From Tubulanus polymorphus (taxonomy: Eukaryota; Animalia; Nemertea): a DNA stretch of 64,000 nucleotides. Both the position numbers and the translations under genes were made by a program. The stretch's first letter is position 1. Each line of letters opens with the position of its first letter. The stretch is from positions 25,044,345 through 25,108,344 of the forward strand of contig NC_134028.1 in assembly GCF_964204645.1 (NCBI RefSeq), read 5' to 3'. The notes under the pieces were generated by a model. That model searched no databases. It was not told the origin of the DNA and worked only from the letters and a program-made list of their open reading frames with translations. Shown here in pieces: positions 52,589 through 64,000 of this stretch.

Positions 52589-53689
52589 TCAATGTTTCGC
52601 CCCGCGCATGTATTTGATGAACAATTGTTTCACAGCGAGCCTGAACTTATTATTAGTAAAACAATAGACGACGAAGTTTAAACAGGAATCAACGACAGTC
52701 AAACCGATTGCCGTTTTCCGAAAAATAATTTTAGAATCCATGGCGTTTATACCGGGAATACGAAAAAAAAAAGTTCCCAATTTTGGGCCTATCAATTTTT
52801 CAATGAATATTAATGATTCGCAGGTGACGTATACAAAAACTAAAGCCAACGACATTCGTAAAACTCGCAGTTCTAAACTACTGGTATCAGTGCTCTTATT
52901 CAAGTTCTTTCCACTCGAAAACTTTATGAATATTAAACTAATAATCAAAATAACATTGACAAGAATTAAGGAACACATCGGAAAAATGATACTGGATACG
53001 GTTCCTTTCCAGGAATTTGAATAAAGCCTCCATTGAAGTAATACCGACTTCTGGAAATAGTTGAAATATCTACCTCGAGCTAACGTCACTCCGGGGTCCC
53101 CACTGACACAAGCGACTGATCGAAGCCTCCACCTCGGTAATAACTGTGGAAAATAACAAAAAAACCCGTACAACGCGATAGAAAATACGAGAGAGGTCAC
53201 AACTTTTCGATTCCAGAACAATCGTGATTTCAAAGGGAAAAGTGTTACGACAAGTCTTTCGAAACTAATTAGTACGACGCACCAGTTTCGGATTTGTTGA
53301 AACATGAAATATGGGCCTATGGCCACTTGTATAAATTCCCAGCCATAATTCCAGTCACCAATATAGAATAGAGTTTTACCCAAATGTATATAAATGTGAA
53401 TTGCGCGTAACGGGTACATGATGAACACACTCGTCGAGTAAGATACATCGAGAACAGCTAAAACTTTGATCAAATAATAAACTTCATTTTTCATCTTCTT
53501 CAACACTAGGATCGTAATGATGTTTAAAACGACGCCGAGTATCGTCGCGGGCCCGTAACCGAAAATATACATATACAACCCGTATTTCAGGTCCCAAAGG
53601 TACGGCTTAGAATTCACAATCCGCTCACAAAACCCGGACCATGATTTTACAGTCGGTTTTAAAGTTGTCGTGAGATTTTCAACATCCAT
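52589..53689 (-). CDS. Intronless class A GPCR, peptide-receptor/FMRFamide-receptor-like (Srw-type) orphan
   Basis: 366 aa ORF; GVVLNIITILVL (TM1), LAVLD (TM2), NWCVVLISFERLVVTLFPLK (TM3), TCES (TM6), DSCLNFVVYCFTNNKFR (TM7/helix 8). Confidence 0.9.
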   Translation of the reverse strand: MDVENLTTTLKPTVKSWSGFCERIVNSKPYLWDLKYGLYMYIFGYGPATILGVVLNIITILVLKKMKNEVYYLIKVLAVLDVSYSTSVFIMYPLRAIHIYIHLGKTLFYIGDWNYGWEFIQVAIGPYFMFQQIRNWCVVLISFERLVVTLFPLKSRLFWNRKVVTSLVFSIALYGFFCYFPQLLPRWRLRSVACVSGDPGVTLARGRYFNYFQKSVLLQWRLYSNSWKGTVSSIIFPMCSLILVNVILIISLIFIKFSSGKNLNKSTDTSSLELRVLRMSLALVFVYVTCESLIFIEKLIGPKLGTFFFRIPGINAMDSKIIFRKTAIGLTVVDSCLNFVVYCFTNNKFRLAVKQLFIKYMRGAKH

Positions 53690-54398
53690 TTGATCGTATC
53701 ATTTCAAGACTAACAATCACAATGTAGGAACATCAGATGTGAGTGCTGTTGGACTACGACGCGCCGTAGTTGCAAATCGAGTGGAATAGATTATACAGCC
53801 GTCCTCTGACTCACGTAGTAAGAACCCTCAATTACACCTACGTCTAAATTATACCTTGCACGTGATGACACACCTATAGGTAGCACATATATAATCTATC
53901 ACAGTATACGCCTCCCTTTATGCTCGTCGTCGAAAATTCCAAAATCTTCTTTATCCTAAGAAATGAAAATTTCGAGCGTTAATTTCAAATATACGCGCGT
54001 AAATCTGGGGGACTCCTGCTTATGGCTGCTCATAGGCCAGCATCTTAGCTACGCGTTGAAAAGGTTTTCGCCCCACATACCTGACCAATCCTAAAAAATC
54101 CAAAGCTTCGGACGTCAAAGTTACAAAGTTTTACCTCGGCTCATATCATCGGATCACACCGGGACAGGGTATGGCCGTAGAAATTATATATATGAATCGC
54201 GAAAGTAATTATTTGATTGAATTGTTTATAGCGCTTGATAGCTTGATACACAAAGCCCGGTGTGACAGAAACCAGTGATTCTATGAAATAAGTGAAGAAC
54301 TATTATATAATTCTAACTAAATAAATTTGTCATATATGGATATAGCACATATGTCTTTTCGTCAAGTGATGGTTGACATCTCTTGAATCCTTTGGGCT

Positions 54399-54434
54399 GC
54401 GCCATCAAGTCAGCGATCCTAGAAATTGCTTCAG
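54399..54434 (-). pseudogene. Relic of the last exon of an E2-type gene
   Basis: GCGCCATCAAGTCAGCGATCCTAGAAATTGCTTCAG aligns with 38452-38487 GCGCCATCAAGGCAGCGATCTTAGAAATATCTTCGG (EAISRIADLMA vs EDISKIAALMA). Confidence 0.65.
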
Positions 54435-55086
54435 TTTGGAACGATTTGATAATTTTGCATGTGACGGGGAATTATTCGTGATATAAGATGCAATATCGTT
54501 CAAATTGCCTCGAAATCAGCATTGCAAACATTTGCAGGGTCAATTAGGTCAAAAACTGCCAAAAAATAAATGAACACTGAACCGGACGCCGTAGCAATGA
54601 AACAAAATAGTTATCGTGGATATGAAAAACAACTCGAGATATAAAATTTCATAAATCATTATCATGAAACAATGAAAACTTATTTCATGTATGATTTACT
54701 CTTGTTCGATTCAAAACGTAGCTAGCTCCGGCTGATAAATGTTGACTTAAAGACTGTGACTGTGACATTCAAACATTAACCGCAACTATCAACTAATGCT
54801 AAATTTGAATCTAACAAAGATATTCAACGTGCACGCTACGACGATACTGGGATTTCATTGGTCAACTGAAAACGCACCGGTCGACCACGCGACTGCTCAG
54901 GTCTTCTTTAAATGTCACGAATTTCGCGAATCCACTCACTCGTTGTTTGAACGTCGCTGTCTTGTTCTAACGGAGTCGAATTTCTGAAGTTGTTGAAGGT
55001 AACGCGTTCACGATGTTTCACTGTTCGATAGCATTCTATTAGTATTCGTGTTTTATTCTTGAAATAACATTTTTGCAATTTTTCAG

Positions 55087-55753
55087 ATGACCGGTTTACT
55101 CGTGGTAGTAATATCCTTACTCGGGATATGTCATTCTCTGGCTTGGAAAAACAGTTGGCACCAACCGCCTAGTTTCCAGTGTCCTCGTTATCAACATATT
55201 CAGTGGTTCAAGAGCCTAGACGACAATGGTCGCGAAGATCGACTGTTCGACATGAGCTGTCGATCGGGTTACGTCGGAAATTGCAGTTGGTCTAGTTACC
55301 TGAATGACTGGGATAGAGTTGTAAGCTTCGTGTGTCCTCATAACGGCATAGTCACCGGGTTTTATAGTTACCACGATAATGGAAAAAGGACAGACGATGG
55401 AAGTTGCGATATTGCAAAGTAAGTTTACCGCATTTGCAAAGTTTGCCTATTTCTAGCAAGTGGTTATAATTCGCACATTCACCTTTATATAGGCTACCAA
55501 ACCTGGACAGTCGCGTTACTGGTCTGGCTGGCTCGCTGACTGGGCTCAGGAAATCGACTTCAGTTTCCCTAACGGAATGGCAATGACCGGCATGAACAGT
55601 ATACACGATTACGGAAAAGAGTAAGTATCATTTTCTCCCATTTTCCAAACGATTCGGTGAGAATTTTGAAAATTTCAAGGTAAAAATAGCAAATTGTTTC
55701 ATACTTTCAGGGATCGATTGTTTCAGTTTATAATGTGTCATAATAGTTATTGA
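55087..55753 (+). pseudogene. Lectin-only paralogue H, probable pseudogene
   Basis: Exons 55087-55418, 55493-55620, 55711-55753. A 1-nt deletion near 55386 (GGAAAAAGGAC vs GGAAAAGAGGA) shifts the frame; two Cys codons are lost (TGT>TAT, TGT>CGT); E-box and TATA are mutated. Confidence 0.8.
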
Positions 55754-56478
55754 TTTTCAAGAAGTTTCTGCGTGTCGGTAACGTTAGTAAGAAATAGACG
55801 GCGACGTTCAATTATTTATTGATGATAACTTTTGATTTTTCATCTTGGAATAAATAGCAAATCATAAAATATGTTAATTTATCTTCATTTTGCATCGTGG
55901 TTCTTTGGCGAAATCATCTGTCCCATCAAGGGAACTGACGACACACTGACAATGATGACTACAAGATGATACAAGATGCAATGGACTTTGACTTGTTAAC
56001 ATATTGTTTCTGATTACAACACTTCCCAAAAACGATGATGTTTGACAGTTCAGAACTTTATTCACCAGGTTTTTAGTTTATTGAGTAGAATCCAAAGATC
56101 CGAAAAATATAATTCATAACACTATGGGAAACGTGTTATTGTAGCGTAAACGATGTTAAGGCTTTTTATTGCTTGCAGCACAGAATCCTGATCTTCACTT
56201 CTCCCCTCATTTGAATATAGCACGATTTTTTAAATTTTCACGCGGTACTTCCAGCATTATATGAGAAAAATACTCAAATGATAAAAGAACAATTTTTAAT
56301 TTTTTTGTTTTTTCCCTGTCTCCTTTTCAAAGAGTCTGTAAAAGAACAGATTTTTCTTTTAATCTTTCATGTATTATCCTTCGCTTTTCCGTGTTTGCTC
56401 CAAGTAATCAAAAAGCCTTATTTAGAAATTTGGTGGTGAAAATAGATGTTTTGTCTTGAACGTAATTCGATACATTTT

Positions 56479-58675
56479 TCAGTTATTCTTGAAGAGAACT
56501 CTTCTATCTGGAGATGCGAAGAACAATCTGAAAATCAAAGAAGAAAAGATTGACGAACGTTGGGTTTTCCTTAATATACCCCACTTTGAACGGGTTGGTG
56601 GAAGGGTCTATTTCTAGTGAAATGTAGCTGAAGATCTAATCACATTGAAAAAAGCTAATATCAATGAAATGTGAAACAGTTTTATATCGCCCAAACGAGG
56701 ATTCGTTTGGAAATACAATTTTGTAGTTCTATTGATATCAGGCAAACCGATCAACAGTGTGAAGGATATCCGGGATCATTTTTGGCCAAGCCTGGCCCAT
56801 ATAGAGACACCCACACTGAGGCACTCGCCAAACGCTTTACGTGGCTTCCAGTAATCACCTCCACCCAGGAAGAATCTGAATTGGAAGTAAAAGGGAAAAC
56901 AAGTGCTGTCAAAGAGATTTATAAGGGTTATGATTTACCTATAAATCAAAGCCGCAAGGGCAGCTCCGAGGGCAGGTCCGGCCCAATATATCCAATGATC
57001 GGCCCAAACTCCTTTATGTTTTGAGTCAACGGTATGAGCCCAAACAGCTGGTCCAAAACTTCTAGCTGGATTCATAGAGCCACCGGTGTCGTTAATGCTA
57101 TGAAATTGAAGAATTGGTGAAGAAATAACGTAGAAATCGACATAAGAATAATATTTATAGGAAGATATTGTCGGGCATTCGACATGTCTACTCACGCGGC
57201 TAAGATACCAACAGTAACCGCAAAGCCGATTGCCAGAGGCGCGATGTTAGTTCTGCCGTGAAGATCAACGGCCGTCATCAATACAGTAAGAACCAACAAC
57301 AGCGTTATCATAGTTTCAATGACCAGTCCACAAACCGGGTGTACCCCGGGATCCAACGTAGTGGCGCCGAAATTGACGTCCTGGGCGCGGGTAAAGTTAA
57401 CCCGAATTTGGAACGACAACGCCCCCTAAATAAAGATTACAATCCAAAGGTTATTCGGGTGTAAATGTACTGTAATTTGAATTCCTGATTCGAGTGAAGC
57501 CTTTGAATTGAAATTTACATACCCGACATATTCCGGCTCCGATGATGCTGCCCCCTAGCTGAAAGAGGACGTAACATATCGCTACAATCGGTTTGATTCC
57601 TCCCGATAAGGCAGCGCCCAGAGTTACTGCCGGGTTGAAATGTCCACCGCTGAAAGAATGGAAATTGTTTTGGGTGATTTTTTATCAAGACTACGTAATA
57701 CAGGTACCAATACGCAACGCCAGATGTCGCGTCTATACGTACGTTTTCACGTACGGAGTCACAATTAATTAATTTTCAATATACTTGCAACTGAATTCCC
57801 AGGCTGCAGAGTCAAAACGAGTCACTAAATAGATTCACGATTACATTTTACTGAGTATTACTGGGTATATTTCCGTGGTATATGGAGGAATTTACAGTAT
57901 TTACAATTAATTACCAAAACTGAATATATAAGCATTTTATAAACATATCAAACGTTATTTATAACATACTGCAATAAACATACGGGTAATATTGGAGGGA
58001 TCTACAAGGAGACCTAGTTTGATGAATTTTGTCAGGTTTAAAAAGTTGAATTATCTGATAGATCAAAGTTCCTAAAGGTTTAGATTTCACCGAGCAAACC
58101 TGGCGGGTCCTCGTGAAAACACCTTGCTGTTGCAGCGGTTTTTCCAACACGGATAACCGAGAATCTACCAGCGAACCTGGCGGTTCGTCGCTTGCCACAA
58201 GCGGAATCCTCGATTGCCACAGTAGCGTTACCCGTAGGCAAACATTTTTCATTCACTAAATTTTTGCCACATCTGCGTAGTACGGAAATTTAGATAAATC
58301 AAAATTCGGAGTAATTATTTTTCCGATTTCACAGCTGCAATAGCGGCATAATTATCCTCTGTATCGATATCGAAATGTCGTTTGATCTCCATTTGTTACG
58401 CGGTCGATGCGTGCGTGTACTAGAATTCCTGATACAAAGCGAGTTTATGAATTAAAACGTTTAGTTGTCGTTGAAATCGATATAAAAACGTTCGCTTATA
58501 AAACGCGCAAAGATGCAACAAGTCGCACCACCCACATGTGGCGAAACATGTCGATCTGTGTAATTAAATAACAAAAATCAAACGTTTGGCGGCGACGATA
58601 TTCTATATTTTATATACATCGACGCAGCAGATGTTGAAAAAGAACCGCCGTTCAAACTGTATAAATACGATTTTC

Positions 58676-58708
<33 letters not shown>

Positions 58709-60751
58709 TTCACGTATTGTGACCGTAACAAAACATCTGTTTGCGGTGTAAATGTGCGAAAATACATATGCACTAATTAGATCTATGCGTTCGAAGAAGT
58801 GTTATAACTAGTAATTAGTAGCCTAGGACAGAATTACATAACTCTCAAGCGTCATTTCCCTTGAGAAAAAAACACTCGGCCATACTCTTAGCATTCGTGT
58901 CCAAAACGTCAATCCTTTTTTAATTCCACTTCGTAATCGTGGCTTTCTATTTGAATCAGAAAGCGCTTGTTGTCTATGGAATACACTAACTTCGCCACGC
59001 GTCATGAAGTACATATCGCGCATATAGGTAATCCGTTCCTGTAAATTCGATGCTTTCGGGAAGTTTACGTATTAATATCATACTTCAATTAAGTATCAAC
59101 TATCAATAAATACATCATCTGTCTAGGTCGTCTAATCAGGCAATTATATCGAATAGCACGGGTAACTTCCATTTAGCCGATATATTATACACAAACAATA
59201 ATCGTTTTTTAGCCATAGACGAAAGATTGTTATGTATGATATTTACTTCATGACATGCGCTTAATTCTGAAATATCAACTTGTTTAAAGCGTCATGAATG
59301 TGAGTATTTTCTAATAAGACAAATGTATAATGGATCTGGATCTGGAATTGTTTATTTTATAGGTTTAGCAAGGGCGTACCAGCTAAATGTGGGACATTAA
59401 TTACCCGGTATTTCACAGAGCATTGACTGATTCAGGGTTTTAGTAGACTTACTTACAAACATAATACGCTTATTTCCATCACGAAGGCTCATTACAAAAA
59501 AACCAAGTAACATTAAGTGAAAGGAATCCTGTCTCAGACAGTTTCAAATCCTAAGTTCTAGTTGTGTATTATGGGTGAGGGCTTGCTCTGTATTAGTAAG
59601 AGTCATTAGAAAAAGAGACCGTATTGGGGTCCAATCCCCGGGGTCCAACCGGGCCGAATCAGTCCAAAGCTTATTTTACGTATATGCATTCGCTTATACA
59701 AATATAGCATCATCCTAGTGGTTGATTACTCCAGGAATCAGCCTAACCGATACATATATATGTAAGTTACCGGTATTATTTAGTCAGTTACGTCGTCGAA
59801 TAATTAATTTCCTTCACGGCGAACCTACGATCGCCGCGGCAGCTGTTTCAAATTGAATCGGTTAATTGGTGCAATAAATCGGCGACGTAATTAGATGACG
59901 ATTTAAAGCGAAAATGGTTTCTAAAGTTTAGAGATAATGATTACAATAACATTATACTATTTCTAAATACACATCCATATAGACAGCGAAGTTATGGGAC
60001 TACTACGTGAAAGAAGAATGAATTTTAGAATTATTGAATGAAAGTTCATTGCCCCACAAAAATTACAATTGCTTCGAGCATAAAAACATAATTACAAGGA
60101 GTTAGGCTAAAAAAAATTGATACCTTGTTTCTCCGCTCTGCTGAGCTTAAATGTTGACCCGGCCGGCCGCCTATCTACCCTATACATTAATTTTTTTTAA
60201 ATCGTGATCAATTTTACCATAATAGACCCGGCCGCTATAGAAATGAACTGTTTATAAATTTTATCATATTTTACAAAAATGACCCGGCCGCTGCGGAGAA
60301 ACAAGGTATCATTTTTGTTTAGCCTTATGTAAATTACTTTGAAAGACGAAGACAAAACATTTCTGAGAAGAACAGTTTAGAAGATGAAATTTATCAAAAC
60401 GAAACCAGAAGGTTTCGTTTTAATAAATTTCATCATATAAAATTCTATTTTGGGACTTCATAATTCATTTAACCCTGGATCGTTTTGTGCCTACCTTATG
60501 TGGCCAAAAGAAGCGACGAGTAACGCAATCGCGAATCCATGAGTTACGGCAATAGCGATCGCAGAGGGTCGATTATTCAACTGCTCATCTTGAACACTCA
60601 TACAACCGACGAACACGAACAACGTAACGCCGATAAGTTCGGCCAGACATGGCTGCAGAATGCGGAAGAATCCAGCGCAGCATCCGCCTTCCTTGCCGCC
60701 TTCTGCGTCCGAGACCAATCGCGAATTTTCATTGGACGCCGGTTTTTCCAT
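56479..60751 (-). CDS. AQP8: Aquaporin, AQP8-like (273 aa, 5 exons)
   Basis: Exons 60751-60495, 57649-57523, 57425-57196, 57097-56939, 56527-56479. Two NPA boxes ([23 protein letters not shown]), AELIG in TM1, His in TM2 ([11 protein letters not shown]) as in AQP8, HWIYWAGP. Confidence 0.93.
58683..58707. repeat. (TA)n microsatellite
   Basis: Read directly; another (TA)n lies at ~61043-61062. Confidence 0.85.
60104..60325. mobile_element. MITE with ~32-bp terminal inverted repeats in aquaporin intron 1
   Basis: AGGCTAAAAAAAATTGATACCTTGTTTCTCCGC ... GCGGAGAAACAAGGTATCATTTTTGTTTAGCCT; related termini at ~25874-26175 and ~29420-29480. Confidence 0.75.
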
Positions 60752-62858
60752 GGTCGTCGATATATCGACAATACCGCGCGATCGGTTAAAACGATCTGTT
60801 CAAATCGAACTCGCCAGAAAGAATCAAATAGCTTTGACAACAGGATCGCGCGCTGCGACTACAGGATCGAGTTTAACTTTTCCAGAACAGGCTCAGCGCT
60901 CACTACTGTGAGAGTTGTTCACGCAGTATTGTGTCGAGTGTTAATCGATGACAAGCGACTGACGATTTTTAAACGGATCCACTTCATCATTGTTTCAATC
61001 GCGAATTGGTAACCGAAAACAAATTGAATCGCCAGTCGGTTGTATATATATATATATATATAGATATATCAGAACAAGGTGTTACAACAGCACAAGTGCG
61101 TATCGAGACACTAATCCTTAAACTGGAATGATGACAAAGTCTGCTGAAACTACGATCTGAATCAGCTGGAAACCACTGGGAATGCTTCGTCTTCACAACA
61201 GATCGATCAGCTATCAAGTTGTACCTCAGGAACGGATCCAAGCGATATTCCAAGAATATATAATCAGAAAAAATGTAAATAACACTTTCTAAAAGTACCG
61301 GTGCGGGTAATCTGACAGGCCCAGAATGCCTACAAGGCAGCCGAGTCATTTTTCAAATTTTCCGAACCTTTGCTGCCTCCGATCATTGAGTTATCAGTCA
61401 AATTCGCCCGCTGGCTCCGCCCTGTATTTGTATACCGCATCCGTTAATCAACGCAGCTCACTTCAATTTGTGTCATTTTAGGATTATTTACCATTTTTAT
61501 GATCGTTTATCGATCAAATTTGTGAATATGAAATGTGGAAATTTCCCCCAGGTTTCGGTTTCTCGTAAAGAAGACGACGAACCCGAACCTCTTCTCATGT
61601 GGCGGCGACCAGATGTTGACACGTTTTGCAGCGAACAATTGTGGTGCTCCAGGTGTGAATCGGAGAAAAAAATTACAAGCCTGGCTCAGATGATATAAGC
61701 CGAGCTCTTGGAGGATGTAAACAATTTGTAGGCATAGGCCTATATTCGATTGATTATTATTTCTGTCGCACGACCCAAGTACCCTTCGCTTGTGAAATGC
61801 GAAACCTACCCCGGCATGTTATTGTTGACTCCGGCAACCAGTCCAAGCAATACAATTATTGACTGACCCCGGCAACCAGTCCAGTCAATACAATTATTGA
61901 CTAAAAAGATGATCACACGGCAGTGAACAGTCTGCCTTAGAATTCTGAAATCTAATATTATGAGACCAGTACGTACTTGCATGATTTACCGTGTATTTTT
62001 ACGAAAAACGAAGGCGTGCTACACAGCACGTGACGCAGTTGGCGGCGGTGTGACCGGTGCTGGATGGGGAGAGGGACGTAGAGTAAGTGACGACAGTGTG
62101 CCCGTGAGTTTCCTCCTACTCTACACGCCGCGACGCACCAACAACAACGCAACGACGTGCAACGCCGGCGGCAACCAGTGTATACAAATTCAAATTCTGA
62201 AATTCTGAAATTTACAAAAATTGACTTAGCCCTAAAAAGAGGCCTAAGGCTAAGGTCGAAGAATATGGGATGGATACATAACTTTTTGAAAGAGGGACCT
62301 GTCATGTTGAAGCGAAGGGCATACAATTTTGAGGACGATTTTCAAGTCCAAGATAGGTCCAAGACTTCGTCTTCCTGCCTTTACCACACAGAGAAAGTGC
62401 ATTTCACGACACAAGATTGAAAGTAAAGAGTCGCACAGCCGTGACTTAGGCCTAAAAGTGGCCTTGAATAAGACTGGTCAGATTGACTAAACTATGTTGC
62501 TCAGCTTCATGACTGTACAACTGGCCCCTTTGATCTATCCTTAGGCTTTTTATAAGCCTAGTTAGAACAAATTTTAGGAATTAATGCAAAACCTTTTGGC
62601 TTGAGTCTACCATGCAACGAAGCTGAGCTCAGGTTCACCTTCAATGATTCTAGTCCTTGTGCACGAAATCTGAGCTAAGTGCCATGGAGCGTTAAAGATG
62701 ATTAGAATGTGCATTTTCTCTTTTCGTTTCTTCCAGTAAATTACCAGTAAATATTCTTCAAACGAAGCATTTTGTGACTTATACATAATCAGGGCTTTAG
62801 TAATACCGTCAACCTTGAAAATAGAAGCGCGCACTTGCAAAAAAAAAACGGAAAGAAA

Positions 62859-63579
62859 ATGGGGAGCTATGTTGCTAGTTTTGGATTAGTTCTTCTACCG
62901 ATCGTGTTATTATTCCTTTTTCGCGAGGCCGAACAAAGTACGATACTTCTCGTCCAATTGAATGGCCAAGTCAACTTCTCAGCACCAGTTGACGATTCCG
63001 AGTACAGCCTAAGATCGTATTTGGATGGATTAGATTATGAAGACTGGGCGCTTGGCCCGTACGTAGTAATGGCAAGATCGTTTGCAATGTCATTTCTTAA
63101 GATTCCGTGGGGTAAGTCAACATCACGAATCCCCGCCCCAGTTCCACAGAACTGGGTTAATTAAAATTTGGTTTGAGGTAATGAACTAGCTTTAACTCAA
63201 AGTTGGCCCCAACTCATAACTTACAGTGCAAATGCGTGGTTCCAGTACTTTATGGGTCAATCAAATTGAATCAAATCAAACACTATTATACACATTTCAT
63301 AGAAGTGTCATCAGTAAGCATCATCATAATTTGAGACGTCGTTACTGTGAAACCTCTAGGCTTTCCACTAAGCCCATACTGAAATTAACTACATCAATAC
63401 AAGTTTATTTCCTAACTACCGGTAAAAACATTTCGATGGGGTCTCAAAATATTGCAGATGAAATTCACAAGTTATTGAACAGTATGATGCCTCAAGACAG
63501 CAGCAGTAACAGCACTTTAGCGTCGGATGAATTAGTATCGATATCGGGCATGCAGCAATTGTTTGTGGATTATAGCCAG
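62859..63579 (+). CDS. 5' exons of a signal-peptide membrane/secreted protein, possibly prominin-like (partial)
   Basis: Exon 62859-63111 (MGSYVASFGLVLLPIVLLFLF...DYEDWALGPYVVMARSFAMSFLKIPW, donor G|gtaagt) joins in phase to 63458-63579 (DEIHKLLNSMM...DYSQ|gtaaag). The G.pl..maRsF....P.d.i.kll pattern resembles the prominin N-terminus. Confidence 0.5.
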
Positions 63580-64000
63580 GTAAAGAATGTGCTGAAAATA
63601 CGTATGATTAAACATTATGAGTAAACTTTGAAACGTTATAAGCCGGGGTACGGTGGTTACTTATTACCTGGAGATCAGAAAAAAAACAGGGAATTTCCAT
63701 TTCTTTTCAAAATCAGATAGGTCAAATAGTCTGAGAATTTTCTAAACGAAAAGAAAGCAAAAAATCAGGAAATAGTCAAGAAAATGTGTTAATTAGATCG
63801 CGTGTATAATCAAGTATATATGTCTTACGTACATTGGCTGTGTTAATTGATTGATTGAATTAACGTTAAGTCGGGGGAAAAGCAAAAGCCACCCTACCTG
63901 GGGGTAATATTCACTAACCTTTATCCGTCGATGTATGTCAATTACAGTTAGTTAAACTGGAGATTCCCGTGTTTGTAATCGGTGGATTCGGAATTCTGGC

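Noticed and set aside
60539-61012. 157 aa plus-strand ORF
   Set aside because: Antisense shadow of aquaporin exon 1 and its 5'UTR.
61958-62326. Cys/Arg-rich ORFs in a GC-rich patch
   Set aside because: No recognisable domain or consistent splice context; more likely regulatory or repeat DNA between the divergent aquaporin and prominin-like genes.

Overview
Eukaryotic, AT-rich, intron-containing DNA, most likely from an invertebrate animal (inferred from the gene families; species not determinable). Left to right: the 5' part of a large mosaic extracellular protein gene (C-type lectin-LDLa-CUB-PAN-CUB-PAN-Sushi, minus strand, runs off the left edge); an intronless class A GPCR; a gene-poor stretch with a LINE fragment and MITEs; and a calcyphosin-like EF-hand gene. 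Next is the main feature, a ~26 kb array (30.0-55.8 kb) of secreted-protein genes in three interleaved classes. (i) Four 3-exon genes fuse a signal peptide and a dermatopontin/hemagglutinin (amebocyte aggregation factor-type) domain to a Ser/Thr-rich, aerolysin/ETX-MTX2-like beta-pore-forming domain. (ii) Four paralogues have the dermatopontin domain only (two intact, two pseudogenes); the three that reach exon 3 still carry traces of the toxin 3' end. (iii) Three 6-exon paralogues encode a divergent, probably ependymin-related secreted protein, two of them head-to-head with toxin genes. The array shows recent inverted and direct duplications, a shared E-box/TATA promoter, and a nested peptide-type GPCR. 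The window ends with an AQP8-like aquaporin and the start of a possible prominin-like gene. All exon structures were derived by hand from GT/GC-AG sites and reading-frame continuity; family calls come from motif recognition, not database searches.
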